Assembly (NCBI GenBank): GCA_965219075.1
Contig: CBDCMM010000002.1
Location: forward strand, 643,893 to 707,892
Source: Sphingomonas sp.
Lineage (GTDB): Bacteria > Pseudomonadota > Alphaproteobacteria > Sphingomonadales > Sphingomonadaceae
Length of the DNA: 64,000 nucleotides
Direction of reading: 5' to 3'
A program made the translations under genes and the position numbers. Each line of letters opens with the position of its first letter. Position 1 is the stretch's first letter. The notes below the pieces were generated by a model that was given only the letters and a program-made list of their open reading frames with translations, was not told the DNA's origin and did no database searches. Of this stretch, positions 1-9,117 are shown in pieces.

Positions 1-1
1 G

Positions 2-1000
2 GAACGGACAATCCCGCCCGAGGTTCTCGACGATCTGTCGGTCACGCGCGAAGATTTCCTCGAAGCGTTGAAGCGCGTCCAGCCCTCGGCGATGCGCGAA
101 GTCATGGTTCAGGCGCCGCAGGTCCGCTGGGACGATATCGGCGGCCTGGACGACGCGCAGATGCGGCTGAAGGAGGGCGTCGAACTTCCGCTTCGTAATC
201 CCGACGCCTTTTTACGGCTCGGCATCAGGCCCGCCAAGGGGTTCCTGCTCTACGGCCCACCGGGGACAGGTAAGACGTTGCTGGCAAAGGCCGTCGCGCG
301 CGAGGCGGAGGCGAACTTCATCGCCACCAAATCCTCCGATCTGCTCAGCAAATGGTATGGCGAAAGCGAACAGCAGATTGCCAAGCTCTTTTCGCGCGCA
401 CGTCAGGTTGCGCCCTGCGTCGTCTTCATTGACGAACTGGATTCGCTTGTCCCAGTGCGCGGCGGCGGCATGAGCGAGCCGCAAGTCACTGAACGCGTCG
501 TCAACACCATATTGTCGGAAATGGATGGACTTGAAGAGTTGCAGTCGGTGGTCGTGATCGGCGCGACCAACCGCCCCAATTTGATCGACCCCGCTTTGCT
601 CAGGCCGGGCCGGTTCGACGAACTTGTCTATGTAGGCGTCCCGAACCGCGCAGGCCGTATTCGCATCCTGACCATCCAGACTCAGAAAATGCCGCTGGCA
701 GACGATGTCGACCTGGATGCGATCGCGAGGCGGACCGACCGTTTTACCGGTGCCGATCTCGAAGATGTCGTCCGCCGCGCGGGGCTCGTCGCGCTGCGTC
801 GCGCTATAGACTCCGACTCGGTAACGATGGCCGATTTTGATGCTGCGCTCGATGATTCACGCGCCAGCGTGACGCCGGAAATGGAACGCGATTATGAACT
901 GATGGCGGCGCGGCTGAAGCAGGACGCCGCCGCGATCCAACCGATAGGCTTTATCGCCCCCGGCCAGCTGACGCCCCGCGGGCCGAAGGGAAATGACTGA
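2..1000 (+). CDS. CDC48/p97-family AAA+ ATPase (5' truncated by window edge; D2 module)
   Basis: Frame open from base 2; Walker A GPPGTGKT, Walker [30 protein letters not shown], and the D1-D2 linker 'VQPSAMRE...V.WDDIGGL'. Confidence 0.9.
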   Translation, partial: ERTIPPEVLDDLSVTREDFLEALKRVQPSAMREVMVQAPQVRWDDIGGLDDAQMRLKEGVELPLRNPDAFLRLGIRPAKGFLLYGPPGTGKTLLAKAVAREAEANFIATKSSDLLSKWYGESEQQIAKLFSRARQVAPCVVFIDELDSLVPVRGGGMSEPQVTERVVNTILSEMDGLEELQSVVVIGATNRPNLIDPALLRPGRFDELVYVGVPNRAGRIRILTIQTQKMPLADDVDLDAIARRTDRFTGADLEDVVRRAGLVALRRAIDSDSVTMADFDAALDDSRASVTPEMERDYELMAARLKQDAAAIQPIGFIAPGQLTPRGPKGND

Positions 1001-1030
1001 CGGTACGGGTGTTATACGGGTAAGGCTCGC

Positions 1031-2317
1031 TTATCGCCCCGCGTCTCGCAGCACGACCCAGGCGTAACCGATCATTACAACGCATGCGCCCCCTGCGATC
1101 AGATAGGGGAGCGAATGGTCGATCTGATAAAGGCCTACTCCGATCGATGGCCCTAGCACGAAGCTGGCACCATTGACGGACGTCACCTTGCCCGCAACCG
1201 ACCCTTGGGCATTGGGACCGACCGCGAGTGAACTTCCCGCCGTGAAGCCGGGACGCGTGAAGCCGAACCCGAGGCTCGCCAGCGCGTAGGCGGTTGCGAT
1301 CCCGTAGAGCGAGCCCGCAAGTCCCGTCATCGCAGTGCCGGCCGCCGCCAGCGCCAGCCCGACCAGCACCAGCCGGCGCGGAGCCAGGTCAAGTTGCGGA
1401 ATGATCCCCCACTGCGCCAGCAGCGCAGCGCCTGCCCCCATCATCAGCACGATCCCGGTCGGTTGCAGGGCCATATCAGGCGCCAGGCGGAGGCGGTCGA
1501 TGACCAGAAACCCGATCACCTGCCCCGTCATCGCCTGCGCATGACCCATGACCAGTCCGGCGATCATCCAGCCGCGGATGCGCGGGTCGGTGTAACCGAC
1601 CGGCTCGCCAGCCGGGCGTGTCGCGGCGGTGACGGTTGCCCCCGTCGGCGATGCGCCGATCGATGGATAGCTTGAGCTTGTTCCACGCGCGATTCCGCCG
1701 CGATCGTCCGGCAGCATCCGGCGGACCGTAATCCATACGACGACGCCGAACACCGCGAACAGGAAAGCGGGTCCGGCAAGCCCGATCTCGAACGATCCGA
1801 TCGCGCCGAGCAAAAGATAGGGCGCGATCGCAGGGCCAAGGATCGTCCCGAGACCGAAAGCGGAGGCGAGCAACGTCAGCGCCTTGGTGCGCTCGTCGAT
1901 GGTAGTCTCTCCTGCGACCAGCGCCTGCACCGCGGGCGGCGCTGCCGCACCGAAAGTTCCGTAGATCAGCCGACCGAGGATGAAGAGGATGAACGCAAGC
2001 GTGCCGCTGATCCACCCGTTGATGCCCGCGGCAAGGAACAAACCGCACAAGGTCAGCGATACCGAGAATCCGCCCAGCCCGAGCAGGATCATCGCCCGCC
2101 GTCCCCGCCGGTCGGACCGGGCCGCCCAGATCGGCGCAGCGATCACCCAGAACAGCGCCGATACCGAAAATGCCGCCGCGACCGCCGCATCCGCGACCCC
2201 CAGCGATCTTCCGAGCGCGGGCAGGACCGACTGCAGCGCGGTGTTCCCCGCCGCAATCGTCAGCATGACCAGAAACATGAGCGAGAAATTGCGATCCAGC
2301 CGCTTCACCAGCGTCAT
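1031..2317 (-). CDS. MFS transporter (DHA1/TetA-like)
   Basis: About 12 hydrophobic segments; motif A-like 'ARSDRRGRR'; motif C-like 'GTILGPAI'. Start placed at ATG 2317 (MTLVKR), downstream of the ORF-track start. Confidence 0.85.
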   Translation of the reverse strand: MTLVKRLDRNFSLMFLVMLTIAAGNTALQSVLPALGRSLGVADAAVAAAFSVSALFWVIAAPIWAARSDRRGRRAMILLGLGGFSVSLTLCGLFLAAGINGWISGTLAFILFILGRLIYGTFGAAAPPAVQALVAGETTIDERTKALTLLASAFGLGTILGPAIAPYLLLGAIGSFEIGLAGPAFLFAVFGVVVWITVRRMLPDDRGGIARGTSSSYPSIGASPTGATVTAATRPAGEPVGYTDPRIRGWMIAGLVMGHAQAMTGQVIGFLVIDRLRLAPDMALQPTGIVLMMGAGAALLAQWGIIPQLDLAPRRLVLVGLALAAAGTAMTGLAGSLYGIATAYALASLGFGFTRPGFTAGSSLAVGPNAQGSVAGKVTSVNGASFVLGPSIGVGLYQIDHSLPYLIAGGACVVMIGYAWVVLRDAGR

Positions 2318-2544
2318 GGCCGTGCCCGGAAATGAACGGGCTGCAATGTTGTCACCGCGATCATGTGCGGCGTGATGGAGACAAGGAGGGTCAGTCCGGT
2401 ACGCTCGACATTCATCCCCCCCGGTTGCGCATCCACCTGATTTTGGCAACCGGACTTATCCTGTAATATCGCGCAAACCCTTGAAACCGGCTCGCTGTTC
2501 GTGCGACGGGGAAAGTTGCTTTATTTGCGTCGCTTCCGACGCCT

Positions 2545-3177
2545 GTGAACGACAGGATCATGATGCCCAGTTCAACGACAGCCGCGCGCCGCGCGCGGAG
2601 CCGTGTTGCTTTGATGCCTTCGCCATGGTCGATGTTTTTTTCGGGTTTCCTGAAACATCCCGTAATGGTCGGATCGATCGTCCCGTCGTCCGATCGGCTG
2701 ATCCGCAAGATGCTTGCCCCCGTCGACTGGGCGAATTGCCGGCTTTTCGTCGAATATGGCCCGGGCGTCGGCACATTCTGCCGCCCTATCCTCGACCGGA
2801 TGGCACCCGATGCAAAGCTGATCGCGATCGACACCAACGACGATTTCGTCGGTTATTTGCGTCAGACGATTACCGACCCCCGTTTTGCCGCTGTCCCCGG
2901 TTCAGCCGCTGACGTGCGTCAGATCATCGCCGATCACGGGTACGACTCGGCGGACTATATCCTTTCTGGACTGCCGTTCTCGACCCTTCCCCCCGGCGTC
3001 GGTCCGGCGATCGGAGAGGCGACGCACGACGCGCTGCGAAGCGGCGGCGCGTTCCTCGTCTATCAGTTCAGCCCGAAGGTCAGGGATTTCCTCACCCCCC
3101 ATTGGTCGACGATCGATCACGACATGGAATGGTGGAATGTCCCGCCCGCGCAACTCTATTGGGCGTGGAAGGACTGA
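2545..3177 (+). CDS. pmtA: Phospholipid N-methyltransferase (rhizobial PmtA type, class I SAM-dependent)
   Basis: 'FLKHPVMVGSIVPSS', SAM motif 'VEYGPGVG', 'SGLPFS'; typical length. Confidence 0.75.
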   Translation: MNDRIMMPSSTTAARRARSRVALMPSPWSMFFSGFLKHPVMVGSIVPSSDRLIRKMLAPVDWANCRLFVEYGPGVGTFCRPILDRMAPDAKLIAIDTNDDFVGYLRQTITDPRFAAVPGSAADVRQIIADHGYDSADYILSGLPFSTLPPGVGPAIGEATHDALRSGGAFLVYQFSPKVRDFLTPHWSTIDHDMEWWNVPPAQLYWAWKD

Positions 3178-3183
3178 TCCCGC

Positions 3184-4356
3184 CTATTCGTCGATGCCGA
3201 AATTGAGCCCGCGCGACAAACCCGGATCCACCACCGCCAGCGCGACGTAAGCACCGAACTGCTTGATCCGCTGCACCCAGCCGGTTTCCTCTTCATATTC
3301 CTCCATCGTAATCTCGTCACAGCGTAAGATTTCCGCATCGACATAACCTCGGACATGGTCCGCGAATGCGGCATCCTCGATCCTCAGCATCAGTTCCAGG
3401 TTGATGAACAAGCTGCGCATGTCGAAATTCGCCGAACCGATATAGACCGCGTCGTCGACGACGTAGAGCTTGGTGTGGAGCTTAGTCGGCAGATATTCGT
3501 AGATCCGGATGCCGTATTTCAGCAGGCCTGAATACGTGAAACGTGCCGCGGCGATTGTCGCATTGTTGTCGGACAGCGACGACGTCACGATCCGGATGTC
3601 CGCATCGACCTTTCCCGCGCGGTCGAGGTTGCGCAGGATCGTCGGGCTCGGCGTGAAATACCCTGCGATCAGGTCGATGCGCTTCGCCCGGCTCATATCG
3701 TCACGCACGGCCCGCGCCCAGGGTGACAGTTTGCGCGTCGGGCCGCCGATCAGCCAGCGCGTTGCGCCCTCGCTCTCGCTATAGCTTGCGAGTTCCTTGT
3801 TGAGCGGGCGCAGCTTCACTTTGGGGCGGCTGATCTGTTCATGCAGGGCGTCGAAATAATCGGCCATCCGCCCCGCCGCCGGACCCTCGACCAGCAGGCC
3901 CAGATCGCGCCAGGCTTTCTCCGCAGGGGTGCCGAAATAATCGTCCTCGACGTTGAACCCGCCGATGATGATCCGCTGCCGCGCCTCCCCCGCATCGGCC
4001 AGCGCCAGCTTCTGGTGATTGCGCAGCAGATAGCGTCGACCGAACCGCGCCGAGAACTGACAGACCCGGACGCCCTCGTGCTCCAGCGCATCGAAGAATT
4101 GCCCGGGTGTCTCGTCGCTGCCGAACCCGTCGACGATCAGCGTGACGCCAACCCCGCGCTTCGCCGCCGCGATCAGCGCCTCGTTCACCCGCCGCCCTGT
4201 CGCATCGTCGGCATAGATGTAATAAAGGATGCGGAGCGAACGCTCGGCCTCTTCGATCAACGCGATCAGCGCATCGAGCCGCCTCGGCCCGGTATCGAGC
4301 AAAGTCAGCCGGTTGCCGTCGACGGCAAAGCCGGGTTGCGGTGCGGGCGTCCCCAT
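3184..4356 (-). CDS. Phospholipase D-family protein, cardiolipin synthase-like
   Basis: Two HKD motifs (HQKLALAD, HTKLYVVD) plus 'GGFN' and 'GSANFDMRS'. Confidence 0.85.
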   Translation of the reverse strand: MGTPAPQPGFAVDGNRLTLLDTGPRRLDALIALIEEAERSLRILYYIYADDATGRRVNEALIAAAKRGVGVTLIVDGFGSDETPGQFFDALEHEGVRVCQFSARFGRRYLLRNHQKLALADAGEARQRIIIGGFNVEDDYFGTPAEKAWRDLGLLVEGPAAGRMADYFDALHEQISRPKVKLRPLNKELASYSESEGATRWLIGGPTRKLSPWARAVRDDMSRAKRIDLIAGYFTPSPTILRNLDRAGKVDADIRIVTSSLSDNNATIAAARFTYSGLLKYGIRIYEYLPTKLHTKLYVVDDAVYIGSANFDMRSLFINLELMLRIEDAAFADHVRGYVDAEILRCDEITMEEYEEETGWVQRIKQFGAYVALAVVDPGLSRGLNFGIDE

Positions 4357-4404
4357 GACGCAAGGGTTTGGCGGTTGCGGGCGGCGGCGACAACCCCGTT
4401 TTCC

Positions 4405-4432
4405 TTGACGTGAGGTCCTTCTTCGGTATAGG
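4405..4432 (+). promoter_or_regulatory. Probable sigma70 promoter of rpoZ
   Basis: TTGACG-N16-TATAGG about 40 nt upstream of the rpoZ ATG. Confidence 0.55.
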
Positions 4433-4472
4433 CGCGGGGCTTCACGTATCGATATTTGCGAAGGAAGCGGCC

Positions 4473-4817
4473 ATGGCGCGCGTCACTGTCGAGGATTGCG
4501 TCGACAAGATCCCCAACCGGTTCGATCTGGTTCTGTTCGCCGCGCAGCGCGCGCGCCAGATTTCGGGCGGTGCCGAACTGACGCTCGAACGCGACCGCGA
4601 CAAGAACCCGGTCGTGGCGCTGCGCGAGATTGCGGATCAGAACGTCAAGCCGAAGCATCTCGAGGAGGCGGTGATCGCCGGATTGCAGCGGGTCCAGATC
4701 GACGAGGATGATGAAGTCGACGCGGTCGGCTCGCTCAGCGACTCGGCGGAAGCGCTTCGCCTCACCGCTGCCGCTCCGCCGCGCAACCAGAATCTCGGCG
4801 CCGATTACGAAGGCTGA
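4473..4817 (+). CDS. rpoZ: RNA polymerase omega subunit
   Basis: [21 protein letters not shown]...[13 protein letters not shown]; start at ATG 4473 after AGGAAG. Confidence 0.97.
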   Translation: MARVTVEDCVDKIPNRFDLVLFAAQRARQISGGAELTLERDRDKNPVVALREIADQNVKPKHLEEAVIAGLQRVQIDEDDEVDAVGSLSDSAEALRLTAAAPPRNQNLGADYEG

Positions 4818-4818
4818 T

Positions 4819-4836
4819 CAGCGGCGTCGAACGCTG
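4819..4836. terminator. Short hairpin between convergent rpoZ and the unknown gene
   Basis: CAGCG-N8-CGCTG in a 23-nt convergent gap; no clear U-tract. Confidence 0.3.
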
Positions 4837-4840
4837 CGGT

Positions 4841-6163
4841 TTATAATCCTTCGTCCGCCAGCACCTGATCGATCCGCGCGACGGCTCTTGCGAACCGCGG
4901 GTCATCGATCCCGCCATAATGCTTGACGAAACCGGCGTTCGTCATGCCGTCTGCTTGCGTCGTCAGCACGCGCGGCAGGATGCGGTCTTCGGTCGCGCCC
5001 GATAACCGCCGCGCCTCATTCGCGGGATCTGCGCCGCCCGCCGCCGCCTTCGCAATTCTCGACCCCGAACGGTCCGCCGAGAGGTCTACGAACGAAAATC
5101 CTGTCGGATCACCCGGCTGAAAACTGGATTGCTTCGACAGGCTGTCGGCCAGTTCCTTCCATTCGCCCATCGACTCACTCAGATGCATGCCGACACCGAC
5201 CGCAAGCGCGGCGGACAGCGACCAGTGTTTGGGCCAGTCCGCGCGCCCGTGCAGCGTGATCGGCATCACCGGGACCGGGCACGCGGCAACCTGCGCCGCC
5301 GTAACATCGGCAAGATCGCCGACCTGCGGATCGACGACGAACATCGCGAGCGCGATGAACGCCGCGCGGTTGCTTTCCACCGTCGCATTCTCAGCCATGT
5401 TCGCCGGAAACGCTCGCCGCACCTGCACGGCGAGGCTCGGTTCCGGGTCGAGGGTCTGCGCGCGCGCCAATCGGCAATAGGCCCGGATCACGGCCGCCCG
5501 GTCACTTTCTTTCGTCGATCCGGCGATCTGTTCGACGGCGTCGCGTGTTTTCGGCAGATCGACCGTCGCCGCAAAAGTATCGCGACCGACCCGGGTTTCA
5601 CGCACCAGCCGGTCCAGCGGCGGCAGATCGGCCCCGCGCCACCGCAGCACGACGCGCGCCAATTCGAACAGTTTGCGGGTGAGAACCGGCGGCACGCGCA
5701 CCTTGCCGATCGCCAATTCCGTTCGCGGGAAACCCTTGCCGCCGCCCGAAGTCCTGACCGTCAGGTTCAGCCAGCGGTTTAGCGGCAGTTTACGGCTGTA
5801 CGTCATGGTCAGCACGCCGCCGCGCACCGCGACGTCGACGCGGTCGGGCCGGAACCCCCGCGTCGCAAGGACGCTCAACCCGTCAAGCTGTTCGGGACCG
5901 AAGCGGACAGGCGTCGGCACCGCTGCGGACGGAACGGGTGCGAGTTGCGTCACCGCATCGCGCCCTGCGCCCACTTCTTCGGCGGTCGGCGCGACCCGCG
6001 ATCGCGCGGTGGATGATCCGCTCGTCAACAGCACGAACGAAAGCATGACCGCGATCAGCACCGCGACCGCAGCGATCAGGATCCCGTTCCGGCGGGTCAG
6101 GGATATTTTGGGTTGAGCCCGCGTCTGCGCGGAACGGTTCGGCTGCGGGGTTTCCAGCGGCAT
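4841..6163 (-). CDS. Uncharacterised protein with a single N-terminal membrane anchor
   Basis: 440 aa from ATG 6163 (MPLETPQ); one TM helix (ILIAAVAVLIAVMLSFVLL); C-terminal 'DWPKHWSLSAAL...GEWKELADS...GFSFVDLSADRSG' block. Confidence 0.75.
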   Translation of the reverse strand: MPLETPQPNRSAQTRAQPKISLTRRNGILIAAVAVLIAVMLSFVLLTSGSSTARSRVAPTAEEVGAGRDAVTQLAPVPSAAVPTPVRFGPEQLDGLSVLATRGFRPDRVDVAVRGGVLTMTYSRKLPLNRWLNLTVRTSGGGKGFPRTELAIGKVRVPPVLTRKLFELARVVLRWRGADLPPLDRLVRETRVGRDTFAATVDLPKTRDAVEQIAGSTKESDRAAVIRAYCRLARAQTLDPEPSLAVQVRRAFPANMAENATVESNRAAFIALAMFVVDPQVGDLADVTAAQVAACPVPVMPITLHGRADWPKHWSLSAALAVGVGMHLSESMGEWKELADSLSKQSSFQPGDPTGFSFVDLSADRSGSRIAKAAAGGADPANEARRLSGATEDRILPRVLTTQADGMTNAGFVKHYGGIDDPRFARAVARIDQVLADEGL

Positions 6164-6217
6164 CCCCCCGCCATGCCGCACCGCAGTATATTTGGAAAGC
6201 CGGATGTAACGGTCCGG
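5988..6217 (+). repeat. Direct repeat copy 1 (230 bp)
   Basis: Aligns by eye to 34124-34352 with 6 substitutions and a 1-nt indel in a C-run. Confidence 0.97.
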
Positions 6218-6282
6218 GCCCGTGGGAGGGACGCTTGATCTCGCAGTCCCGTGCTCACCTTTCCCACAGCCGATGGTTAATA

Positions 6283-6315
6283 CGAAACAGTTATAATATT
6301 GCCGTGTTCCGAACA
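6283..6315. promoter_or_regulatory. AT-rich site resembling a serine-resolvase res site I, or the TA promoter/operator
   Basis: CGAAACAG-TTATAA-TATTGCCG followed by the palindrome TGTTC-C-GAACA, just upstream of the antitoxin remnant. Confidence 0.35.
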
Positions 6316-6351
6316 TGGGTGATTCATTGTCAGTATCAATGAAGATCTTTC

Positions 6352-6624
6352 ATGACAAAAGCTGCCGTTTCACAATGAAACTGAAACCCGATTTGCGCGC
6401 CGAATTCATGGCGGCGGCCGAGGCCAGCCACGGTCCCGCGTCGCAAATGGTGCGTGAATTGAAGCGGAAGTTCGTCCTGCGCCAACGGGACCGGCGCGAT
6501 CATGATGCTTTTCTGCACGCCAAGGTCGCTGCGGCACGGGCAAGAGGAAGGGGAAGGGCGTCCCAATGCGATAGTGGAAGCCGAATTCGCCGCCCGCCGC
6601 ATTCGGGTCAATGACAAGGCGTGA
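6352..6624 (+). pseudogene. Antitoxin (RHH/CopG-like 'stability system' family), frameshifted
   Basis: MTKAAV / FTMKLKPDLRAEFMAAAEASHGPASQMVREL...FLHAKVAAARA / GEGRPNAIVEAEFAARR...; two frame changes (~6369, ~6545). Confidence 0.75.
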
Positions 6625-6835
6625 AGGTCGTACGGACGCCGGAAGCGGAGCAGGACCGCACGGCGTCGGGATTACCTCGAAGCCCTTAATCCCGAAGCCG
6701 CACTTCGCATCGACCGGCTGTTCCGCGATGCCGCCGCGAGCTTGGCCGACTTCCCCCTCCTCGGACAGGAAGGTGAGGTGCCCGGTACGCGCGAATTTAC
6801 GCCGCCCCGGAGCTATCAGCTCGTCTGTGACGTTC
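6621..6835 (+). pseudogene. RelE/ParE-family toxin, frameshifted and truncated
   Basis: GTGA overlap with the antitoxin stop; MKVVRTPEAEQDR / DYLEALNPEAALRIDRLFRDAAASLADFPLLGQEGEVPGTRE...SYQLV, after which similarity is lost. Confidence 0.75.
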
Positions 6836-7013
6836 CCAGGCCCGCTGATATAACCAGGCCGCCGAGGCAATTGCAGCGGCTAGTATCACTCCCACAAATG
6901 CACCCATGCCAAACCTCCCTACATCCGATAAAAGACATTATCATATGTTTGAAATGATGCTAATCTGTTAGAGAACAGCGTTGTGCAATACGGCAATCAT
7001 GATATGTCTGGCC

Positions 7014-8960
7014 TTACACGGCATTGGCCATCATCGTCGCGTTACGGTGTCCGCCGCCCTCAACATAGACGTAATCGACGATGTCCGAGACCGGGACGTA
7101 TTCTGGCACCAACTCCAACAACAGCTCGCGTGCGCTCGCAACGTCACCATGTGCGATCAGCGCTGCCATCTTTTCTAGCTTTGGCTCCAGCTGGTCGAGC
7201 GGCAGATACGGTTCGCTGGCCGTCATGATGCGTGGATGTGCCGTCGGACCGGGATTGTTGCCTATCAACAGCTCTTCGAACATCTTTTCGCCGGGACGCA
7301 TCCCGACCATGACTACCTCGATGTCACCATCAGGATTCGCCTCGTTCTGAATCGACAAGCCCGACAACTCGACCAAGTTGCAGGCAAGGTCATAGATGCG
7401 CACCGGCTCACCCATGTCGAGGACGAAAACCTCGCCACCGCGCGCCATTAAACCGGCCTGCAAGACAAGATGCGCTGCTTCCGGAATTGTCATGAAATAC
7501 CGTGTGACGTCCTGATGCGTAAGCGTGATCGGACCGCCGCGCGCGATCTGATCGCGGAACAATGGCACCACTGATCCGCTCGAGCCTAGCACATTGCCGA
7601 ACCTGACCATGGAGAAGCGTGTCCGGTGATCTTTGGACGATGCCAATCCTTGCAGCACCATTTCACCCAAACGTTTGGAGGCTCCCATGATGTTCGTCGG
7701 CCGTACCGCTTTGTCCGTGCTGACAAGAACGAACCGCTCCACACCGCCACGCAATGCCTCCTGTGCTACAGTAAGCGTTCCAATAACGTTGTTGCGAAGA
7801 CCTTCGAGTGAATTGTGCTCGACCAAGGGAACATGTTTATAGGCAGCAGCATGAAAAACCATGGCGGGCTGCCATGTTTCCATGATCGACCGCATCCGCC
7901 GCCGATCGAGAATGGACGCGAGCAGCGGGACCGCAATCCCGCCTGCTCCGCTATTCAAAGCGTGGTTGATTGAATAAAGGGCGTATTCGCTCGATTCTAC
8001 CAGCAGCAGCTTGGTGGGTTTCATCCCGTAGAGCTGGCGGCATAGTTCGCTGCCGATCGACCCACCCGCTCCGGTAACCATTACCACCCGGTCGCGAACA
8101 CTCTCCTCCAGCGTATTACGGTCATAAGCCACGGGTTCGCGACCCAGAAGGTCATCGATCGTGAGATCCCTAAGATCGCTGGCCTGGACTGTTCCATGCG
8201 CAAGATCCATGAGACCAGGAAGCGTTCGAACGCTCGCTTCATGGCTCTTGAGTGCTGCAATAATAGTGTTGCGACGTGCGCGTGACGCCGATGGCAAAGC
8301 GAGCAGGACATCGGTGATCTGATGCTTATCGATGTGCGACGCGAGCTCCGCCGGATCGAATACCATGAAACCGCGAACTCTGCTTTTGTGTAGCGATCGG
8401 TCATCGTCGAGGAAGCCTACGACTTTAAGCTCCCGACTATCCGCCATTGCGCTCGCCAGCTGCTGCCCGGATGAGCCAGCGCCATAAATGAAAGCGCGGC
8501 CGGTTGCTTTCTCGCGCCGCAAGCGCCGGTAACGTCCGCTCAGCACGAAAGACGCCCCAACGCGGGTCGCGGTTGCGGTTAAGAAAAGTAGCGCCGGCTG
8601 GATTAGACCGATCGTACGAGGAATGCCGTTGATCCCGTAGGCGCTGATCAGCGTCGCGAAAGCGAGCCCATAGAGGCCGCACGCTGTCGCGCTGCGCCCT
8701 AACGTATCCGCCCCGGCGTGGCGCAAAACGATGCGGTACATGCCGGTTGCAGCGAATGCCGGAACAAATAGGAAGAGCGATATCGCTGCGGCGAGCGTCG
8801 GCCGTCCATACATCGATACCCATATGCCCAACCGCAAATAATAGGCGAACCAGATCGTCAGAACGCACAGCAAGACATCGACGCTGACCACAATGAAGCG
8901 CTTCCATGCACGCGGAAGCATGAGAAGAGGGTGCCCCACCGGACGCATTCGATTCTCCAT
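7014..8960 (-). CDS. Membrane-bound UDP-GlcNAc 4,6-dehydratase (CapD/WbpM/PglF family)
   Basis: N-terminal TM helices; TGAGGSIGSEL, FHAAAYKHVPLVE, STDKAVRPTNIMGASKR, RFGNVLGSSGSV, GEKMFEEL. Confidence 0.93.
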   Translation of the reverse strand: MENRMRPVGHPLLMLPRAWKRFIVVSVDVLLCVLTIWFAYYLRLGIWVSMYGRPTLAAAISLFLFVPAFAATGMYRIVLRHAGADTLGRSATACGLYGLAFATLISAYGINGIPRTIGLIQPALLFLTATATRVGASFVLSGRYRRLRREKATGRAFIYGAGSSGQQLASAMADSRELKVVGFLDDDRSLHKSRVRGFMVFDPAELASHIDKHQITDVLLALPSASRARRNTIIAALKSHEASVRTLPGLMDLAHGTVQASDLRDLTIDDLLGREPVAYDRNTLEESVRDRVVMVTGAGGSIGSELCRQLYGMKPTKLLLVESSEYALYSINHALNSGAGGIAVPLLASILDRRRMRSIMETWQPAMVFHAAAYKHVPLVEHNSLEGLRNNVIGTLTVAQEALRGGVERFVLVSTDKAVRPTNIMGASKRLGEMVLQGLASSKDHRTRFSMVRFGNVLGSSGSVVPLFRDQIARGGPITLTHQDVTRYFMTIPEAAHLVLQAGLMARGGEVFVLDMGEPVRIYDLACNLVELSGLSIQNEANPDGDIEVVMVGMRPGEKMFEELLIGNNPGPTAHPRIMTASEPYLPLDQLEPKLEKMAALIAHGDVASARELLLELVPEYVPVSDIVDYVYVEGGGHRNATMMANAV

Positions 8961-9117
8961 AGACGATCTGCACCCGCAATGTGCAGATTGCTTCCTGCCG
9001 TCAGATCCGCGGCGTGCTGCCTATACGCGATTGATCATCGCGAACAAATGCCTTCACGCCGTTACAGTACCGCGTGGATTGAAAGCTTGATCGCCACAGT
9101 TTACCCAGCCCCCTCCA

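Noticed and set aside
6315-6614. 99-aa ORF as an intact antitoxin
   Set aside because: Only its middle matches the family; the true N- and C-termini are in other frames, so it is called a pseudogene.
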